The notes below the pieces were generated by a model. The model searched no databases, was not told the DNA's origin, and worked only from the letters and a program-made list of their open reading frames with translations. 64,000 nt of DNA, taken from NCBI GenBank assembly GCA_030390025.1, contig CM059432.1, positions 143,470,001 through 143,534,000 of the forward strand. Reading direction: 5' to 3'. The DNA comes from Squalus acanthias. Its lineage: Eukaryota. Both the position numbers and the translations under genes were made by a program. Below are positions 62,701 through 64,000 of the stretch, one piece after another; position 1 is the stretch's first letter, and each line of letters starts with the position of its first letter.

Positions 62701-63601
62701 CCGACCCCGCCAACCCGGAGCGACCCTGATACCACCTACCTTCAATGGGGACCAGCAAGGGAGCTGCACCACCCCTCCCCCAACCCCACACAAGGGGGAA
62801 TCGTTGGCAGCCACATCCCCACTGTTCCCAGACTCCCGCCACCCACCCACCCACCCGCTCCAACGAGTTACAGCAGTAGTCTGGTGGAATCCCGAGAGAG
62901 AATTCAGTCTCTAGAATCCTTAAATTGGAAAAGTGCTCCATCAAGAGCAAAAATTAAAAATCTGCATATTATTTCATCATGGGCTTGTTCTCCTTCGAGC
63001 AGAGAAGGTCAAGAAGAGATTTAATAGACTCGTTTAAAATTATGAGGGGTTTTGATCGAGTAAATAAGGTGACACAGTTTCCACTTGCAGGAGGGTCAGT
63101 AACCAGAGGACACAGATTTAAGGTGATTGGCAAAAGAGCCAGCGGGGAGATGAGGAAAATGTTTTCACACAGCGAGTTATGATGATCTGGAATGCACTGC
63201 CTGAAAGGGCGGTGGAAGCAGATTCAATAGTAACATTCAAACGAGAATTGGATAAATACTAGTAAAGGAAAAATTTGCAGGGCTATGGGGAAATGAGCAG
63301 GGGGGAGTGGGACTAATTGGAGAGCTCTTTCAAAGAGCCGGCACAGGCACGATGGGCCGAATGGCCTCCTTCTGTGCTGCAAGATTCTAGGATTCTATCA
63401 TCGCCATTTTGATGTTCTCTGTGAATTTTTATTTTTATTTTTGAAGATTTGCCAGTTGATTCTACGGCCTCAGAAATGCAATACGCCATACAAACCATTC
63501 CTGAGATTGGGACGGTTTCCGTGACGAGAACAGGCAACTGTTCCGGCTACCAGTGGACAGTGCAATGGTTGAGCAAGGCCGGCAACCAGCCCACCTTACA
63601 G
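8661..63601 (+). CDS. PKHD1L1: PKHD1L1 / fibrocystin-L-like, spliced 5' part (coding exons 1-25, 969 codons, continues beyond window)
   Basis: 25 exons with canonical AG/GT ends and compatible phases, translated by hand. Signal peptide [25 protein letters not shown] motifs ([63 protein letters not shown]); PA14-like [27 protein letters not shown] and WSYTCINLL motifs typical of PKHD1L1. Confidence 0.95.
8915..9350. repeat. Compound (CT)n/(CTGT)n/(TTTA)n microsatellite in intron 1
   Basis: Direct inspection. Confidence 0.95.
9353..9439 (+). CDS. PKHD1L1: PKHD1L1 exon 2
   Basis: ttttcag| [29 protein letters not shown] |gtaagg; 87 nt. Confidence 0.95.
9529..9673 (+). CDS. PKHD1L1: PKHD1L1 exon 3
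   Basis: tcacag| [48 protein letters not shown] |gtagaa; 145 nt. Confidence 0.95.
10180..10261 (+). CDS. PKHD1L1: PKHD1L1 exon 4
   Basis: ttttag| [27 protein letters not shown] |gtaagt; 82 nt. Confidence 0.92.
10605..10662 (+). CDS. PKHD1L1: PKHD1L1 exon 5
   Basis: taacag| [19 protein letters not shown] |gtctgt; 58 nt. Confidence 0.92.
11130..11600 (-). mobile_element. Third SINE family fragment (same as 50420-50765), interrupted by a + strand CR1 3' tail (~11215-11445)
   Basis: ggacggcaggtttccttccctgaagaacattagtgaaccag..ttttacgacaatcc shared with 50585-50650. Confidence 0.65.
12168..12352 (-). mobile_element. DeuSINE (SacSINE1-like) fragment
   Basis: catccgaaagacggcacctccgacagtgcagcactccctcagtactgcac. 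Confidence 0.75.
12467..12560 (+). CDS. PKHD1L1: PKHD1L1 exon 6
   Basis: tgctag| [31 protein letters not shown] |gtaaaa; 94 nt. Confidence 0.93.
13245..13513. mobile_element. Fold-back non-coding Penelope family B derivative with hammerhead motifs on both strands
   Basis: Perfect 108-bp inverted arms 13280-13387/13408-13515, unpaired tail, 14-bp TSD ttctagactcccca (13231-13244, 13514-13527). Confidence 0.9.
13420..13463 (+). ncRNA. Minimal hammerhead ribozyme motif, sense in PKHD1L1 intron 6
   Basis: UCAC CUGAGGA A GGAGC aaucgaaua GCUCC GAAA GCUU GUGA. Confidence 0.72.
13772..13983 (+). mobile_element. RTE-clade LINE 3' end
   Basis: C-terminal zinc-finger-like [24 protein letters not shown], short 3' UTR and (aag) tail. 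Confidence 0.75.
14593..16103 (-). mobile_element. PIF/Harbinger-type TIR element with decayed transposase N-terminus
   Basis: TIRs gggggagaaattc / gaatttctccccc; minus-strand remnant [37 protein letters not shown] (~15335-15450) resembles a HARBI1-type N-terminus. Confidence 0.7.
16210..16263 (+). CDS. PKHD1L1: PKHD1L1 exon 7
   Basis: ttccag| [18 protein letters not shown] |gtgagt; 54 nt. Confidence 0.93.
16644..17291 (-). mobile_element. Penelope-like element family B, short 3' fragment (GIY-YIG end and pLTR)
   Basis: [26 protein letters not shown]; closely similar to 40900-41540; 12-bp TSD gaattggtatta (16632-16643, 17292-17303). Confidence 0.92.
17676..17749 (+). CDS. PKHD1L1: PKHD1L1 exon 8
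   Basis: ttgtag| [24 protein letters not shown] |gtaagg; 74 nt. Confidence 0.94.
17842..17884 (+). CDS. PKHD1L1: PKHD1L1 exon 9
   Basis: tttcag| [14 protein letters not shown] |gtaaga; 43 nt. Confidence 0.94.
18506..18576 (+). CDS. PKHD1L1: PKHD1L1 exon 10
   Basis: ttgcag| [23 protein letters not shown] |gtaagg; 71 nt. Confidence 0.94.
18715..19092 (-). mobile_element. L2 LINE 3' end
   Basis: [42 protein letters not shown]; tail ggcgctatacaaatgtaagttgttg. Confidence 0.8.
19313..19522. mobile_element. Fold-back non-coding Penelope family A derivative with the hammerhead core in the hairpin loop
   Basis: 72-bp inverted arms 19349-19420/19450-19521; loop attctgacgaagggtcccagacctgaaac; 14-bp TSD atgtttgagatctt (19299-19312, 19523-19536). 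Confidence 0.9.
19745..20078 (-). mobile_element. CR1 LINE 3' tail
   Basis: [17 protein letters not shown]; tail catagaatgatacagcacagaaggaggccattcggccc. Confidence 0.8.
20588..20918 (-). mobile_element. DeuSINE (SacSINE1-like) 3' part
   Basis: Same body and tail as other copies. Confidence 0.8.
21834..22599. mobile_element. Non-autonomous PIF/Harbinger-type MITE
   Basis: TIRs gggggagaaatt / aatttttccccc; 3-bp TSD TAT on both sides; internal gcgctaa/ttagcgc motifs. Confidence 0.8.
23705..25626 (-). mobile_element. Gypsy/Ty3 LTR retrotransposon fragment: RNase H end, integrase, PPT and a single 3' LTR (23705-23970)
   Basis: [26 protein letters not shown] (HNLSHPG..CLAC), DDE core, GPY module; PPT tctggggggagc abuts LTR TGTGTGG...CCTCAACA; inserted in a decayed CR1 tail (~23450-23704, 25627-25770). 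Confidence 0.93.
25990..26180. mobile_element. Old degenerate fold-back Penelope family A derivative (tail on the right)
   Basis: Imperfect inverted arms gaaatgctggagacactcagcaggtcggtcagtatctgtggagagaac / gttctctccacggatgccgactgactcgcggagggtttcc, tail atttcaacatctgcggcatttt. Confidence 0.7.
26383..26493 (+). CDS. PKHD1L1: PKHD1L1 exon 11
   Basis: ttcaag| [37 protein letters not shown] |gtatgt; 111 nt. Confidence 0.94.
26505..26958 (-). mobile_element. DeuSINE (SacSINE1-like), near full length with tRNA-like head
   Basis: Head (minus) agccgtggctcagtggtagcactctcacctctgagtcagaagg, body and L2-type tail. Confidence 0.8.
27423..27512 (+). CDS. PKHD1L1: PKHD1L1 exon 12
   Basis: acacag| [29 protein letters not shown] |gtgatg; 90 nt. 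Confidence 0.93.
28594..29439. mobile_element. MITE-like TIR element nested in a minus-strand CR1 3' tail (~28466-29800)
   Basis: TIRs gggggcgatttt / aaaatcaccccc; host CR1 tail resumes after it. Confidence 0.65.
30105..30755 (-). mobile_element. DeuSINE interrupted by a + strand L2 3' end (~30200-30465)
   Basis: SINE sequence resumes at ttgtaatgtagactaacacagcagccaatttgc after the L2 tail. Confidence 0.7.
31180..31738 (-). mobile_element. Possible solo LTR
   Basis: Minus strand starts TGTTATACAC; TATAAAT near 31282-31288 and AATAAA near 31192-31197 in LTR-like order; no TSD confirmed. Confidence 0.35.
31744..32150 (+). mobile_element. CR1 LINE 3' end
   Basis: [27 protein letters not shown]. 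Confidence 0.8.
32467..32723 (+). CDS. PKHD1L1: PKHD1L1 exon 13 (PA14 domain start)
   Basis: gtttag| GRGLKVETW...[36 protein letters not shown] |gtgcgt; 257 nt. Confidence 0.94.
33566..33636 (+). CDS. PKHD1L1: PKHD1L1 exon 14
   Basis: tcccag| [24 protein letters not shown] |gtaagt; 71 nt. Confidence 0.92.
34760..35080 (+). mobile_element. 3' end of second CR1/L2-group LINE family (same as 55838-58035) nested in a CR1 tail
   Basis: Tail ggcaattagagatgggcaataaatgctggccttgccagcgac..catcccataaatgaatgaat. Confidence 0.75.
36274..36433 (+). CDS. PKHD1L1: PKHD1L1 exon 15
   Basis: ccacag| [53 protein letters not shown] |gtcagt; 160 nt. Confidence 0.94.
36766..36901 (+). CDS. PKHD1L1: PKHD1L1 exon 16
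   Basis: ttttag| [45 protein letters not shown] |gtacag; 136 nt. Confidence 0.93.
36975..37295 (+). mobile_element. L2 LINE 3' end
   Basis: Reverse-complement match to 18715-19092; tail ggcgctatataaatac. Confidence 0.8.
38684..39952 (+). mobile_element. Young 5'-truncated CR1/HER1 LINE with uninterrupted RT ORF (387 aa), nested in an older CR1 tail
   Basis: ORF 38693-39856 with [30 protein letters not shown]; 3' UTR; TSD aacag (38679-38683, 39953-39957). Confidence 0.93.
40862..42656 (-). mobile_element. Penelope-like element family B, 5'-truncated, intact 456+ aa RT-GIY-YIG ORF and 3' pLTR with hammerhead
   Basis: ORF 41239-42609: [35 protein letters not shown]; 7-bp TSD taattta (40855-40861, 42657-42663). 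Confidence 0.95.
40950..40988 (-). ncRNA. Minimal hammerhead ribozyme motif (Penelope family B pLTR)
   Basis: Minus strand UUAC CUGAGGA A GGGGC gaca GCUCC GAAA GCUU GUAA. Confidence 0.75.
42941..45316 (+). mobile_element. CR1/HER1 LINE (endonuclease end, RT and 3' UTR; several stops and frameshifts) inserted in a DeuSINE
   Basis: ORFs 42951-43916, 44010-44300, 44331-44747, 44741-45222; 21-bp flanking repeat tgtcctggtcaatattctccc. Confidence 0.9.
45672..45815 (+). CDS. PKHD1L1: PKHD1L1 exon 17
   Basis: cctcag| [47 protein letters not shown] |gtaatg; 144 nt. Confidence 0.95.
46619..47509. mobile_element. PIF/Harbinger-type MITE, same family as 21834-22599 in opposite orientation
   Basis: TIRs gggggaaaaatt / aatttttccccc; ends are reverse complements of the 21834 element. 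Confidence 0.8.
47694..47851 (+). CDS. PKHD1L1: PKHD1L1 exon 18
   Basis: gtacag| [52 protein letters not shown] |gtgcgt; 158 nt. Confidence 0.94.
48652..48765 (+). CDS. PKHD1L1: PKHD1L1 exon 19
   Basis: ttacag| [38 protein letters not shown] |gtatgt; 114 nt. Confidence 0.94.
48858..49822 (+). mobile_element. DeuSINE whose internal 33-bp segment is expanded into a minisatellite
   Basis: tRNA-like head (gggttcaagccccactccagagac), array, then SINE body and tail. Confidence 0.85.
48936..49560. repeat. 33-bp tandem repeat (gcagtactgagggagtgctgcactgtcggaggg), ~19 copies
   Basis: Direct inspection; 11-aa periodicity in overlapping ORFs. Confidence 0.95.
49981..50333. repeat. 16-18 bp C-rich minisatellite (tatacacccccgcccg[t/a])
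   Basis: Direct inspection. Confidence 0.95.
50420..50765 (-). mobile_element. tRNA-derived SINE (third family) with 3' tail shared with the LINE at 55838-58035
   Basis: B-box-like gagttcaaatcccacc on minus strand; tail gggatgtgcaataaatgccggccttgccagcgacgcccacatcccg. Confidence 0.7.
50812..50946 (+). CDS. PKHD1L1: PKHD1L1 exon 20
   Basis: ttgtag| [45 protein letters not shown] |gtgaga; 135 nt. Confidence 0.93.
51190..51705 (-). mobile_element. CR1/HER1 3' end with a nested DeuSINE tail (~51492-51600, TSD tagtt)
   Basis: [46 protein letters not shown]. Confidence 0.82.
52570..52691 (+). CDS. PKHD1L1: PKHD1L1 exon 21
   Basis: gttcag| [41 protein letters not shown] |gtaagt; 122 nt. Confidence 0.93.
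53130..53890 (+). mobile_element. DeuSINE interrupted by a CR1 3' end (~53310-53675)
   Basis: SINE head and body to tttcgaag, CR1 tail, SINE resumes at agcaggagagttctcc. Confidence 0.78.
54401..54719 (+). mobile_element. HE1-type V-SINE, full length
   Basis: tRNA-like head with A/B boxes (tggcatagtgg..ggttcgaatcc), V-domain ctgtgtggagtttgcacattctccccgtgtctgcgtggg, CR1-type tail; 22-bp TSD. Confidence 0.88.
55366..55532 (+). CDS. PKHD1L1: PKHD1L1 exon 22
   Basis: ttctag| [55 protein letters not shown] |gtattt; 167 nt. Confidence 0.93.
55838..58035 (+). mobile_element. Second CR1/L2-group LINE family (decayed RT and 3' tail), inserted in a CR1 tail and itself interrupted by CR1
   Basis: [34 protein letters not shown] motifs. 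Confidence 0.85.
57096..57815 (+). mobile_element. CR1/HER1 3' fragment with doubled 3' tail
   Basis: ORF 57171-57575; host LINE resumes at aagtcacacaccatcc. Confidence 0.85.
58768..58940 (+). CDS. PKHD1L1: PKHD1L1 exon 23
   Basis: ttgcag| [57 protein letters not shown] |gtcagt; 173 nt. Confidence 0.93.
59060..60015 (+). mobile_element. Nested CR1 fragments (younger copy ~59225-59890 inside an older CR1)
   Basis: ORF 59218-59694 very similar to 57171-57575; older host resumes at atctcaaggggg. Confidence 0.82.
60187..60512 (+). mobile_element. DeuSINE with internal deletion
   Basis: Head gtcagccatggttcggttggtagcac joined to body and tail ggcgctatagaaatgcaagtc. Confidence 0.8.
61480..61627 (+). 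CDS. PKHD1L1: PKHD1L1 exon 24
   Basis: gtccag| [49 protein letters not shown] |gtaagc; 148 nt. Confidence 0.92.
61886..62357. mobile_element. Fold-back non-coding Penelope family B derivative with hammerhead motifs on both strands
   Basis: ~206-bp inverted arms 61921-62126/62151-62357, 24-nt loop, 35-bp unpaired tail, 12-bp TSD actgtatttgtg (61874-61885, 62358-62369). Confidence 0.92.
62269..62306 (+). ncRNA. Minimal hammerhead ribozyme motif, sense in PKHD1L1 intron 24
   Basis: UCAC CUGACGA A GGAGC agcc GCUCC GAAA GCUU GUGA. Confidence 0.75.
62978..63398 (+). mobile_element. CR1 LINE 3' end
   Basis: [28 protein letters not shown].. and 3' tail. Confidence 0.8.
63447..63601 (+). CDS. PKHD1L1: PKHD1L1 exon 25
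   Basis: ttgaag| [51 protein letters not shown] |gtgaga; 155 nt. Confidence 0.93.
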
Positions 63602-63680
63602 GTGAGACGCAGACTCTGGTGAAATAAAACAGTCGCCTTGATGAAATTCCCAACACCGTCCAGCCTCGCTGTTGAACTTC

Positions 63681-63995
63681 ACAGAATCACAGAATCACAG
63701 AATCCCCACAGTGCAGATAGAGGCCATTTCGGCCCATCGAGCCTGCACCGACACATATCCCACCCTATCCCCGTAACCCCATGTATTTAATCCCCCTAAC
63801 ACTAAGGGTCAATTTTATCATAGCCAAATCAACCTAACCCGCACATCTTTGGACCCGGAGGAAACCGGAGCACCCGGAGGAAACCCACGCAGACAAATGT
63901 GCAAACTCCACCCAGACAGTCACCCGAGGCCGGATTCAAACCGGGTCCCTGGTGCTGTGAGGCAACAGTGCTAACCACTATGCCACCGTGTTGCC
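63681..63995 (-). mobile_element. HE1-type V-SINE
   Basis: Reverse complement of 54401-54719 with internal deletions; (acagaatc)n tail. Confidence 0.85.
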
Positions 63996-64000
63996 AATTC

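Noticed and set aside
61002..63024. ORFs 61002-61496 (minus), 62365-63024 (plus) and 62459-62950 (minus)
   Set aside because: No recognisable domains; they run through SINE/MITE remnants and low-complexity sequence.
8661..63601. PKHD1 (fibrocystin) or a pseudogene as alternative identity
   Set aside because: Motifs and exon phases fit PKHD1L1 better, and all 25 exons are open with canonical splice sites. Exons 23 and 24, absent from the ORF track, were found by hand.

Overview
Vertebrate genomic DNA, almost certainly from a cartilaginous fish (shark). The repeat complement is HER1/CR1 LINEs, HE1-type V-SINEs and SacSINE1-type DeuSINEs. One host gene is present: the 5' part of PKHD1L1 (fibrocystin-L) on the + strand. 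I traced 25 GT-AG coding exons from the ATG at 8661 to 63601. They total 2907 nt (969 codons), are phase-compatible, and the gene continues beyond the window. They encode a signal peptide, IPT/TIG repeats and a PA14 domain. Introns are packed with nested mobile DNA: CR1, L2 and RTE LINE fragments, three SINE families, PIF/Harbinger-type TIR elements, a GC-rich one-LTR Gypsy fragment and two families of Penelope-like elements (RT + GIY-YIG). The most striking signal is a set of short, TSD-flanked, non-coding fold-back (palindromic) Penelope derivatives at 13245-13513, 19313-19522 and 61886-62357, with an older one at 25990-26180. These are built from pseudo-LTR sequence carrying minimal hammerhead-ribozyme motifs, and the motifs show compensatory base changes between copies. 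Repeat family names and comparisons with human PKHD1L1 are from recall, not from database searches.
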